This document shows positions 8,943 to 18,755 of a stretch of DNA of 64,000 bases, piece after piece. The stretch comes from a virus (Duplodnaviria; Caudoviricetes): IMG/VR virus record IMGVR_UViG_3300030330_005136, positions 9,133-73,132 of that record; one strand, 5' to 3'. The position numbers were made by a program, and so were the translations under genes. A model generated the notes under the pieces. The model was not told where the DNA came from. It ran no database searches and saw only the letters and a list, made by a program, of their open reading frames with translations. Numbering within the stretch: the first letter of the stretch is position 1; each line of letters begins with the position of its first letter.

Positions 8943-10576
8943 TGCATCGTTCATTTTTTGCTGTAAAAGATACGACAATAAACAGTGGTTCTGATCTTAT
9001 CGATGGAACAACTTTTCAAGATAAAAATGTTGGTCAAGATGAAGTACTAGAATTAAAAAAAGTTTTTGACAATAGAGAGTTTAAACATCCAACTCGTATG
9101 TTGATACAATTTGATACTGATGAAATAGAAAGCTATATCAGCTCATCGGTTTTACCAAGTGATTATAAACTAGTATTGAGACTATTTGAAACTGCTGGAA
9201 CAAGTGGACTTAGTAATGATTACACCATAGCTGCTTATCCACTGAGTGAATCATGGGATGAAGGTATTGGTAAGGAAGAAGACAATCCAAAAACAACTAT
9301 AGGTTGTAGTTGGTTGAATAGAGAAAATGACAGCCCTAATGTATCAGAAGTAAGTTGGTCTGATGCTGGTGGTACTTATATAAGTGAGGATGAAGTAACA
9401 CAATCATTTTCACTATCATCACCTGACATCGAAATGGATATCACTAATATGTCCAAAAAATGGTTCGGTGGTGTAAATCAAAATCATGGAATCCTACTTA
9501 GATTTTCAGGTAGTTCTGAAACTGGTGATATCGTTTCAAGTTCAATAGACTTAGTAGCATCATCTTCATTTCAACGTAGTGTAACAGGCACTGCCGCAGG
9601 TGATGGTTCATTGTTAGCACATGCTGTTTCGGTTCAGAGCATTGGACAATTCAATGGATATGGAAGTTCGAATAAATATCTTATAAATAGTGAAGTCACT
9701 CGTAGTGTCAATTTATTATCAGGTAACACATATAGATTTTACCAACAAGATAGTACTAATAATAATCATCCATTTAGGTTCTCTACAACTTATCAGCAAA
9801 GTGGAGTCGATGCTGTAGATTACAGTACTGGTGTCACAATCGTTGGTGTTCCTGGTAATACAGGTGCTTATACTGAAATAGTAGTTACCGATTCAACACC
9901 CACATTATATTACTACTGTACAAATCATGGTGGAATGGGTGGTAGTGGAAAGCTCGTGGATGGTGTGGAACAAGGTAGGGTAACAACATCAACATCTTCA
10001 TTGGCAATATCATCATCCATATCTTCATCAACAGTAGAAACAACTGTAAATCATACCTTACAAAGTGGTGAAGCAGAAGACCTAAAATTCTTTTCAAGAC
10101 AAACCAATACAATTTATTCACCAAAGTTAGAGTTACGATGGGATGATCATTTACCAGCAACTGGTTCAAACACAGGTAGTTTGACTCCATTAGATCTATC
10201 TGGTCAATCGGAAAACTTTTTATATCAATTACACAAAAGAGAATCGTACAAAGAAACTGAAACCGTTAAGTTTAGATTCGGTGCTCGTAAAAGACATATC
10301 GATAAGAGTTTTACAACATCGATACAGAGTGTAAGTGGTAGTTATCTTGCTGAAGGATCAGCATCATATTCGATTATCGATATGGCAACTAATGAAGATG
10401 TGATACCTTTTAGTCAATATACCACGATGAGTTGTGATCCAATATCACCATACTTTACACAAGACTTGAATACCTTTGAACCTAATAGAGCATACAAGGT
10501 GTTGGTAAAGGTAAAACATAATGATGGACAAGTCATTGTTTATGATGATGATTTTGAATTCATACTGAGGAGTTAA
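8942..10576 (+). CDS. Virion structural protein with inserted cupredoxin-like domain
   Basis: DTTI...TRMLIQFD...ESWDEG...NHGILLRF...KFFSRQTNTIYSPKLELRW framework, interrupted by HPFRFSTT...LYYYCTNHGGMG. Confidence 0.7.
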   Translation: MHRSFFAVKDTTINSGSDLIDGTTFQDKNVGQDEVLELKKVFDNREFKHPTRMLIQFDTDEIESYISSSVLPSDYKLVLRLFETAGTSGLSNDYTIAAYPLSESWDEGIGKEEDNPKTTIGCSWLNRENDSPNVSEVSWSDAGGTYISEDEVTQSFSLSSPDIEMDITNMSKKWFGGVNQNHGILLRFSGSSETGDIVSSSIDLVASSSFQRSVTGTAAGDGSLLAHAVSVQSIGQFNGYGSSNKYLINSEVTRSVNLLSGNTYRFYQQDSTNNNHPFRFSTTYQQSGVDAVDYSTGVTIVGVPGNTGAYTEIVVTDSTPTLYYYCTNHGGMGGSGKLVDGVEQGRVTTSTSSLAISSSISSSTVETTVNHTLQSGEAEDLKFFSRQTNTIYSPKLELRWDDHLPATGSNTGSLTPLDLSGQSENFLYQLHKRESYKETETVKFRFGARKRHIDKSFTTSIQSVSGSYLAEGSASYSIIDMATNEDVIPFSQYTTMSCDPISPYFTQDLNTFEPNRAYKVLVKVKHNDGQVIVYDDDFEFILRS

Positions 10577-10577
10577 A

Positions 10578-11480
10578 ATGCCATTTCATACATCAGGATC
10601 CATGAGCAGAAGTTTTGGTGGTGGTTATGGAACTATTAAGATTTTTCTAGAAGAAACCGCCGGATTAACCCAAGGTGAGGAGTACTCGTATCGAGTAGCA
10701 AATGGTCAAACCATACATACAGCGATTGCTGCACGAATCAATGGTCATGTAGTCTTAGTGGATAGTAATTACACCATTGGTTCTAATCCACCACCATTTT
10801 TTGTTGGTCAATCTTTAACAGTTCTTGTACCAGATGCAGGATCTGGCATGGGGGATATTCCCTTACTTACAACTGTAATTAATAGCATAACACCATTGAA
10901 TGAGCCGCCGCCTGGAGCCGAATCTGAGCCAACTTCGCCACCAGCTGGTATAACCCTTCAAAATCCAATGATCGGTGCTTTGAGTCCACAAGGACAATGG
11001 ACATGGTCAGGTGCTCGTTGGGATAATATACCAGGTCCGCCTCTTGAGGAGAAAATTGTAACTTTATTCGATGGTGCAAATTTAAGAACCTTTCAACTCA
11101 GAGAAGAAATACCGATAGAAGAGTTTATGTCCACTGTACTCAAGGATGTACCGATAGAAGCAATACAAGAATTAGATTCCAATAATGAAGTGGTTGAAAC
11201 TTATGAAGTTGAGCATCAAACATCTGATACTACCTTTACTGGTATCGTAGGCAGAAAATCACAAAATAGAAAGGCAAAAAGAAGAAGTAAATTTAATATA
11301 AAGAAGACAAAAGGTAAAAGGGTGGTGCCTGATAATACACGATCTGTCACGGATGTAAATACGAATAGATCAATACAACAACCAGGTGGTGATCAACAGT
11401 CACGAGGTGGTGGTGGTAGATCAGCAACAACTCAAATACCGGGTGGTGGTAGATCAGGAGGTGGTGGTGGCACTTACTAG
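10578..11480 (+). CDS. Hypothetical protein with basic and Gly-rich C-terminus (300 aa)
   Basis: Clean ORF within the structural operon. Confidence 0.7.
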   Translation: MPFHTSGSMSRSFGGGYGTIKIFLEETAGLTQGEEYSYRVANGQTIHTAIAARINGHVVLVDSNYTIGSNPPPFFVGQSLTVLVPDAGSGMGDIPLLTTVINSITPLNEPPPGAESEPTSPPAGITLQNPMIGALSPQGQWTWSGARWDNIPGPPLEEKIVTLFDGANLRTFQLREEIPIEEFMSTVLKDVPIEAIQELDSNNEVVETYEVEHQTSDTTFTGIVGRKSQNRKAKRRSKFNIKKTKGKRVVPDNTRSVTDVNTNRSIQQPGGDQQSRGGGGRSATTQIPGGGRSGGGGGTY

Positions 11481-11508
11481 TATAAAACCCAATGTAAAGT
11501 ATAATATA

Positions 11509-12729
11509 ATGGTTGATGCACCAGAGGGAACTTTGCAATATAGGCTAAGTTACCAAGGTGAACCAGCTCCAGCAGCGGTCTACTATGATGAAGCACCGAT
11601 TGAACCGATACCAGCTAGTTTACCAGTATTACCACCATCAAATCAATCATATCAGAATTCAAATAACCAAGGTGTTGAAGGATTATTGACTGGTAGAAAA
11701 TGTAGTAACTGTGTATTCTATGAAGCAGAGTCCGGCAACTGTAGTCGTTGGAATGCCTTGGTCAGAAGTTATTATTGGTGTATATCTTGGAAAACAATGC
11801 AACCTGTGATTGCCGAAGAAAATCAATTTACAAAATATATAGATCAAACAGCTGCTATAGTAGATCCAACCATACCAGTCGAAGAAGATAATTTATATAA
11901 TTTTTTTATAGGACGTGTTAAAGATCCTAATACTCAAGAACCTAATCTTTCTAATTTACTTACACCTTTAAATGCTTTATTCTCAACCTATGGTGCTTAT
12001 GTTTACGGAGATATTCTCAGGAGGATGATAGACTCAGGTAATGCATTTGATTTTGACAATGTTCCAATGAATTTATTTTTTACAACACAAGAAGATTTTT
12101 TAAATGCTATCGAGTTTGTTAACAATGGTGGATTGGTTGAGTTTGATACACCATTGGATCAGCACGATTCAGTTCAACAGCATTTAGTTACTTATGAGTT
12201 ATCAAAGAGAGGCGATTCAACATTGCCAATGAATTATCCACAATCATTGACAATAAATCTACATGGAAGTTTTTATGGCGAACCGATAAATATTTTATCA
12301 CAGATGGATTTTGTAAATGGTAAGATTGCTTACAACCCTAAATTTACTGCTAGTCGTAGACATGTGTTATTGGATAATAGATTTTTAGAATATGAACAAA
12401 CAGGTAGAGTAAAGATTGATATAGTAAAACAAAGTATTCGAGAGAGGTTGTTAAAATTTTTGAATGATAATTCAAAACCCTATATCATATCAAACCCATC
12501 GGCAATAACTTTTATACAATGGGTTGGTGATAGAGCATTTACATCCGAATCATGGCAAGAATTATATAGTTATATGCTAACAGTTGATAGACTTTCTGCT
12601 GATGATCAGCAATTGATAACATTGATACAAAATACTTTAGGTGAAGTGTTGATTGATGAACCTGCCAGAGCTGAGATACCTTTGATAACAAATGTTATTA
12701 ATCAACCAACAAAAGAAGAGACAGAATAG
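11509..12729 (+). CDS. Hypothetical protein with HiPIP-like four-Cys motif (start revised from 11386)
   Basis: The 11386 start overlaps the previous gene, whereas the ATG at 11509 follows a short gap. Motif CSNCVFY-x6-C-x12-WCISW. Confidence 0.7.
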   Translation: MVDAPEGTLQYRLSYQGEPAPAAVYYDEAPIEPIPASLPVLPPSNQSYQNSNNQGVEGLLTGRKCSNCVFYEAESGNCSRWNALVRSYYWCISWKTMQPVIAEENQFTKYIDQTAAIVDPTIPVEEDNLYNFFIGRVKDPNTQEPNLSNLLTPLNALFSTYGAYVYGDILRRMIDSGNAFDFDNVPMNLFFTTQEDFLNAIEFVNNGGLVEFDTPLDQHDSVQQHLVTYELSKRGDSTLPMNYPQSLTINLHGSFYGEPINILSQMDFVNGKIAYNPKFTASRRHVLLDNRFLEYEQTGRVKIDIVKQSIRERLLKFLNDNSKPYIISNPSAITFIQWVGDRAFTSESWQELYSYMLTVDRLSADDQQLITLIQNTLGEVLIDEPARAEIPLITNVINQPTKEETE

Positions 12730-15105
12730 ATGCAGTGGGTAACATTACCAAGAGCTATTGATGGCATTGTAAGGGATTGTCGTGTTTTAAATTTTGCCAT
12801 AGAGGCTGGTACACAAGGTGGAATCATATCTGCAAATTCCAACGGAATTGTACCTGATCCAACCGGTGATACAAATCCATTTAAGCCATTGATGTACGAA
12901 AGGTTTGATATTACAATTGATCAACTCGAAGGGGAGATAAACTGTCCTTATATTTTTCGTAGAGAACCACCTGAAATCGAAGAAGATGGTGAGGTGATAA
13001 ACAAGACAGAGATAATTATTCCTTTTTCACCACTAGGTGGATTTGCTCAATTCAGAATTAATTATCAATTTATACTTTATCCTAGTGATCCTGAGGCCGA
13101 ACAGTTTTTAGTAGACTTGGATAACGATGGTAACTTAGATGGTATAGTCTACAATGGTAGTGTGGAAACACCAAGGACACTTGTTCCTAGAAGACCATTC
13201 ACTCCACCACCACCCCCACCACCTGTATTTACAATAGATGAAGGTCAGATTAAGGAAGCATTGGCCGACAAGATATACGAAAAGTTTTTCAACTCTGAGG
13301 AAATACAAGCAGATATATCTGATGTTTTAGCATTACAAACCACAACTTCTGAGGATGGGGTTAATTACAAAACTGGTCGAGAATCGGAGGATCAACAACT
13401 TATACTTTTCAAGAAAGATCGAAACACGCCAGAAAATAAAAAAGATTTCGAAGGTGATGGTTCGGACGGTATACAGGCAATATCTAACATCATTAGTGCC
13501 AGTTTTGCCGGAACTGATGAGAGTGGAGTGATCGATCTTTCGGAAAAGCTTAATGATGAAATAAGCATTATTCGAGATGACAGCCGTTCACCTGACGGTT
13601 CTTTGGGTAGGGTATCATCTATAGATCCGAATTATTTTGATCCACCAATACCTGTAAGCACAAGTGCACCAGACATACCAAAATTTTATGTACAGATTAC
13701 AAAATACGTTTTAAAATATAGTGCTAATTTTCAAACAATAGATGTAGATTTTGCCGAATTATGGCAATACTATCAACAAGCCAAACCAGATGATAGCGGT
13801 TTAGATCCAAAAGAACCTGAAATGTCTGATGAGTGGAAAAACAGACTAAACCTCTCACAATTAACACTTGTCAAACCAAGTAACAAAATTGATACTATTA
13901 AAGCTAGAGCTACTTTGGATACAAACATTTTTGAATTACTGCCACCAGGACGTGAAAGACAAATACAGATTGATAATTTCTTTGATCTATTTACTCAATT
14001 GATCGGCACGCCTCCAGGTTTTCAAGATGAAAATCTAGATAATATACCTGAAACGATCGTGGATGAACAGACTGATTTGAATCAAAGAATAAGCACAGCA
14101 ACAGAGGAATTGTATCAACAGTCATTCATAACAAGGACTGATGAAGATGCTGATGATGTGAATCAAAATAAGACTTTAGAGTCCATGAGAAATAGGTTGA
14201 ATCAATATTTGTTCGATGTAGATTCCGTGGTGGAAGATGTTGTTGATTCGAGACCTGAATACGAAAATCAATCATCAGGTTTTCTGAAGTTAAGAAGATT
14301 AAATCAATCCATACTGATCAAAGGTCCTAGTGAAACTCCGTCATTTGGTAATTGGACTGAAGATGGTTTCACGATAACCATGTGGGTAAGGTTTTTGAAT
14401 ACAACCGGTGGTGGTAGTCTGTTCACCTATGGTAATCCCATGATGAGAACAAAATCCAGCTTTAGATTAGAGACCATGACGGTTCAAGAGGGTGATAATG
14501 TCAAAGATGATACCACCTATGATAAAGCAAGAAGGGTGATTCGATTGGTGGTATGGGAGGATCGAAGAGAAGATCCTTGGTGGCAAGAAAAAATTTCTAC
14601 GGGACAGATGGATTGGGATGCTCCATGGGAAAGAAGAGCAGGATATTTATATGAAAGTGCAGTGCCTTTTGATAACTCCATCAATCCAGATGGTCGTGAA
14701 TCTAAACTACCATCCTTTCATAGTCAGATGCCTTCTAGTGATATTCCAGATAGAAAATATTATTTTTTAAATTACACAAATATTCCAACTGATGATTTAG
14801 AGGAATGGTTCTTTGTGTGTGCTACATATGATCCGAGCATAAAAGAAATACCATCTTTTGGTGCAGATTTTCCAAACTATTACGGTGGATTTGACTTTCA
14901 CCTATCAAATCCAAATGATGATTTAAAACCAGGCACTTTACAATTTACAAATAGTAATAGTCACCGTAAGGATGAACTATTTTGGTTAGGTCATAAGGAC
15001 GTTGGTTCTACCGGATTAACATCTAAGTCCAGTGTAGGAAACAGATGTAAAGTGGAGATAATAAGTCGAAGTGATTTATTAAGAGCTCGTGGTTATAGGG
15101 TATAG
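12730..15105 (+). CDS. Virion structural protein with C-terminal LamG/concanavalin-like domain (791 aa)
   Basis: GFTITMWVRF...GSLFTYGNP...EWFFVCATYD; poly-Pro linker PFTPPPPPPPVF. Confidence 0.65.
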   Translation: MQWVTLPRAIDGIVRDCRVLNFAIEAGTQGGIISANSNGIVPDPTGDTNPFKPLMYERFDITIDQLEGEINCPYIFRREPPEIEEDGEVINKTEIIIPFSPLGGFAQFRINYQFILYPSDPEAEQFLVDLDNDGNLDGIVYNGSVETPRTLVPRRPFTPPPPPPPVFTIDEGQIKEALADKIYEKFFNSEEIQADISDVLALQTTTSEDGVNYKTGRESEDQQLILFKKDRNTPENKKDFEGDGSDGIQAISNIISASFAGTDESGVIDLSEKLNDEISIIRDDSRSPDGSLGRVSSIDPNYFDPPIPVSTSAPDIPKFYVQITKYVLKYSANFQTIDVDFAELWQYYQQAKPDDSGLDPKEPEMSDEWKNRLNLSQLTLVKPSNKIDTIKARATLDTNIFELLPPGRERQIQIDNFFDLFTQLIGTPPGFQDENLDNIPETIVDEQTDLNQRISTATEELYQQSFITRTDEDADDVNQNKTLESMRNRLNQYLFDVDSVVEDVVDSRPEYENQSSGFLKLRRLNQSILIKGPSETPSFGNWTEDGFTITMWVRFLNTTGGGSLFTYGNPMMRTKSSFRLETMTVQEGDNVKDDTTYDKARRVIRLVVWEDRREDPWWQEKISTGQMDWDAPWERRAGYLYESAVPFDNSINPDGRESKLPSFHSQMPSSDIPDRKYYFLNYTNIPTDDLEEWFFVCATYDPSIKEIPSFGADFPNYYGGFDFHLSNPNDDLKPGTLQFTNSNSHRKDELFWLGHKDVGSTGLTSKSSVGNRCKVEIISRSDLLRARGYRV

Positions 15106-15107
15106 AC

Positions 15108-18100
15108 ATGTCAGATATCATCATAGAAGGCAAAAATCTAAGTGATATAAACCAAAGCAACTTTCAAACCGTTGGTGTTCGTAGTGCTCTTTATTTCGAT
15201 ACAAATTATACTGCAAATGAATCACTTAGTGTTGATGAAGATGTTTTTAAACATGATACAATAGATGTACACTTAGCAAGATTAAGTCCTGATCCAATTA
15301 AAGATTTATTACCAAGTAAGTTAATAGAGGTTGCTACTATAGAACCATGGCAAGGTAGATTACATTTCGATAGAGACTTCAGTTATGATTCAGCAGCTCC
15401 TACTGAGGGTCCATATCTTGGTCTTTTTGAAGGTGTTAACAATTTTATACCTAATTGGCAACCTTTTAATAGTGGTAGACCAAGTGGTAATCCAGCTAAT
15501 CCTACTAGTAAATTTTATTACCCATATTTTTATACAGGTAACTTGTACGAAGTGGATTTTCAAAATGAAAAACTTACAAGGCTTGTGGTCAACAATTTAT
15601 ATGCTAGAATACCAAATAATATAGGCTTTGGGGTAGAGGAAAGGGAATCAACATCTACATATGTCGTAAAGGATGATAGGTTTCCATTGGGAACTTACAC
15701 CGAAGAAAATAAACAGTATTGGGAAATTCAAACAAGTGATCCTGTATCACGTAATTCTCAATTTAGTTCAACGAGAATGCAAATAGCATTGTCAACAAAA
15801 ATGTCAGATGGTATTATTCGTAGTGAAGAAGAACAGTTTTCAGTTGATGCTTTTACTTTTACAGAAAGGGATGGTGTTATAACTCCATTGTTTTTTTACT
15901 ATGATAAAAACTTACATCCCGTTGAATATAATAATGCCACGACTGGTAAAGTAAGTATGAAGATAGAACTTCGTGAATCAGGTAGAAATGGTGACAATGA
16001 GTTAGATTTGTATCAAGAAAGAAATCCAGTCAGACCATTTCTCATGGGTTTTGAAAAAGACGAATTACGTAACGGTGGTTTTACCATAGACGATCCACCT
16101 GAAGAGTTAATTGGAACTGGCGAAATATATGGTGAGGGTTTGTATTTTGCTGATTACAGTATAACTTTACAGGCAATTGCTAATCCCGATAGTTACCTTT
16201 TAGGTATATTTGATATACCTGATGATAACTTGAAATCAACTGGTGGAGCTAATGGTTCATATACCTTTCAAATGCCCAATGAGGATGTTCAATATTTAGC
16301 AAAATTCAGACCTAATCCTTATATTGTGCTGGGTCAAAAATTTCTTAATCCGGAGACTGGTAATGAGCAAAGCGGAGGTTCGGAATCCAAGGGACAGGTT
16401 AGACTATGGCTATCAAAACTTCAATTAAATATTAATTCAAGTAATTACGAAACTGTTCCATTAGAGGGTGGTTTTGATTTACCACTATTTCAAGATCCTG
16501 GTGGTAGAGTCATCAGTAGGAATTTTAGACCAACAGATTTTGGTGGTGATTTCCTTACATTGGAGCAAAAAGAAGCAACAACTAATTTTAAATTCAGAGG
16601 TTGGACTTACGAATCAGGTAGTGAATCGATAATTGCATCTTTTGAAGATATAGAAGTACCAACAAACACTCCAGGTGGAGTTTTCCCTTTGCCTGCTGAC
16701 CAACATTATAATGGATCTCTTTATGGTAATTTGGGAGGTAACGCGGGAAATATAAAAACCATAAAACTCAATGAGGATTTTCGTTATCCAAATGGTCGAT
16801 TGTTTATCTATGCTAATTATAGTCTAATAATGTTTACTTTAAACAATTTGAACAATCAAGTTGATTTTGAAAATAATTTTGCTGATGCCTTAAAATATGG
16901 ACCTTTTAAATTTGTCACTGCTAAGGGAAACTCACCGAGTATCGATGATTATAAATCTACTGATCTTTCTCAGTTTGAAGCATTTGCTGCTGGAGATGAA
17001 AAAGTAAGACTTTTAATAGCAGGTCCTGGTATGGGATATGCAAATGCCGAATATTTACCAAGTGGTGATAATGCACATCTAACACCAATAGAAGAAACTG
17101 GTTATGAATTTGGTGATTTTTTTTGGCATAAAACTGATGATGAAGAAATACCTTTAAGAATTGATGTACCTCAACCAATACCCAACACAATGGAAAATGC
17201 AATAGAATTGAATGGAGGGTCTGAACCCACTCCAACTGTTGTAGAGGGTGATGCGCCATTTAACCAAAATGGTATTACTTTAGAGGATACTCAACCTAGT
17301 GGTTATAGTGTGGGAACGGTAGACATCACTGGTTTATTCAAAGTCACAAATGTTCAATTTTCTCATTACGGTGGTACTGAAGAGGGAAGTGAGGGGACTA
17401 TTGCACAATACTCAATAGATTGGGGTCCCAATATAACTAATCAAACTAGAAACGTAAATAAATTTCGACTTGATGAAAATGAAAGGGATGATTATAAAGG
17501 TGTGTTACTAGGTGATACAGTATATCTAGGATCATTCGAAGATGCTGTTGCACATAATGGTGGTCCTTTGGATGACGAGGTCGCTCTTCCAGCAGGAGCT
17601 CCTATACCAGCTGGTACTTTACAAAGTGGATTGGAATATGATTATTCTATCGGATCAACGCATGGATTAGATGATGTTTTTATAGTCGAGGATTACGATG
17701 TCTCAGCAGTATCTAGTGATGTAAATGTGATATATATAACTTGGGGGGTAAACCCAAACGCAGATGTCGCTGGTGGGTTGTCAAGTAATGAGATCAATCA
17801 AATCATAACAACAGAGACCACCTCTTCGATAAGTTACCAACCTCTGCAAAATGGAATTTATATTAAGTCAAGAGATTTAGGTGCTAATACTAGTCTTACA
17901 ACTGCTATTGTAGAAAGTGATACTAGTATTTCAGGTCGGGTTAGATCGAAAGAAGATAGTGGCGCTATAGACGCCGACATGTATGGGTTTGGTCAAACCT
18001 ATAGAGTAACAATGACACCATCTCAAGCATCTCTGCCGCCAGAGATAGATGTTTTTCTTGCACAGGAAAATGGAGACTTGACATTATCAACTAATATTTT

Positions 18101-18755
18101 TCCAGGACTTACAAAAGAAGCTTTAGGTGTGGAATGGAATCCTGATGATTGGAGTCCAAACGGTGGTGGTTCTTTTTCTTATACTTTGCCTGAGTCACGA
18201 GATGCCACCCTTGGTGAACTAAATTTACCATTGTTTTACAAGTATATAGAATTTAGAATTCAAACATTACAAACTGCTGAAGGTGAGCAATCAGAAAATA
18301 ATGAACTTGTAGATCCAAATTTTTATGTTGGATTAAATGTATTTGGTATGCCAGGAGCTGGTGGACAGATATTCAATGACTTTCAACAGGATCAAGAACC
18401 TGTATTAGTATCAACCGGTGGTTTGGTCAATTTATTTAATATAGAAGAAATGGTTGATGAAAATGGAATACCATATCAAGAATTTTCTCAAATACCAGAT
18501 GGGCTGAGAACCGTTGTTCTAAGAGCCGTTCCAACTTCAGGTGGTTTTTCTGATGAAAATTCTGTAGGGACTTGGAGTTTCGTGGCTGATCCTGGTGTAG
18601 ATGTAGACACGGTTGGTTCTATTACTCAATTTTGGGTTGGTGATCCAGAGAATGATAACTTTGGACATCATTTAGGAATTATCACATTTAATCAAGAAGG
18701 TCCTGTAACTGTAAAATATCAGTGGTTTGGTGATGGAAGTGGAGGTGGTCCATAA
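15108..18755 (+). CDS. Large structural protein with InlB B-repeat-like beta-sandwich domains (1215 aa)
   Basis: YSITLQAIANP...SYTFQMPNEDVQYLAKF and FKFRGWT resemble the Listeria/Bacteroides (InlB B) repeat. Confidence 0.6.
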   Translation: MSDIIIEGKNLSDINQSNFQTVGVRSALYFDTNYTANESLSVDEDVFKHDTIDVHLARLSPDPIKDLLPSKLIEVATIEPWQGRLHFDRDFSYDSAAPTEGPYLGLFEGVNNFIPNWQPFNSGRPSGNPANPTSKFYYPYFYTGNLYEVDFQNEKLTRLVVNNLYARIPNNIGFGVEERESTSTYVVKDDRFPLGTYTEENKQYWEIQTSDPVSRNSQFSSTRMQIALSTKMSDGIIRSEEEQFSVDAFTFTERDGVITPLFFYYDKNLHPVEYNNATTGKVSMKIELRESGRNGDNELDLYQERNPVRPFLMGFEKDELRNGGFTIDDPPEELIGTGEIYGEGLYFADYSITLQAIANPDSYLLGIFDIPDDNLKSTGGANGSYTFQMPNEDVQYLAKFRPNPYIVLGQKFLNPETGNEQSGGSESKGQVRLWLSKLQLNINSSNYETVPLEGGFDLPLFQDPGGRVISRNFRPTDFGGDFLTLEQKEATTNFKFRGWTYESGSESIIASFEDIEVPTNTPGGVFPLPADQHYNGSLYGNLGGNAGNIKTIKLNEDFRYPNGRLFIYANYSLIMFTLNNLNNQVDFENNFADALKYGPFKFVTAKGNSPSIDDYKSTDLSQFEAFAAGDEKVRLLIAGPGMGYANAEYLPSGDNAHLTPIEETGYEFGDFFWHKTDDEEIPLRIDVPQPIPNTMENAIELNGGSEPTPTVVEGDAPFNQNGITLEDTQPSGYSVGTVDITGLFKVTNVQFSHYGGTEEGSEGTIAQYSIDWGPNITNQTRNVNKFRLDENERDDYKGVLLGDTVYLGSFEDAVAHNGGPLDDEVALPAGAPIPAGTLQSGLEYDYSIGSTHGLDDVFIVEDYDVSAVSSDVNVIYITWGVNPNADVAGGLSSNEINQIITTETTSSISYQPLQNGIYIKSRDLGANTSLTTAIVESDTSISGRVRSKEDSGAIDADMYGFGQTYRVTMTPSQASLPPEIDVFLAQENGDLTLSTNIFPGLTKEALGVEWNPDDWSPNGGGSFSYTLPESRDATLGELNLPLFYKYIEFRIQTLQTAEGEQSENNELVDPNFYVGLNVFGMPGAGGQIFNDFQQDQEPVLVSTGGLVNLFNIEEMVDENGIPYQEFSQIPDGLRTVVLRAVPTSGGFSDENSVGTWSFVADPGVDVDTVGSITQFWVGDPENDNFGHHLGIITFNQEGPVTVKYQWFGDGSGGGP

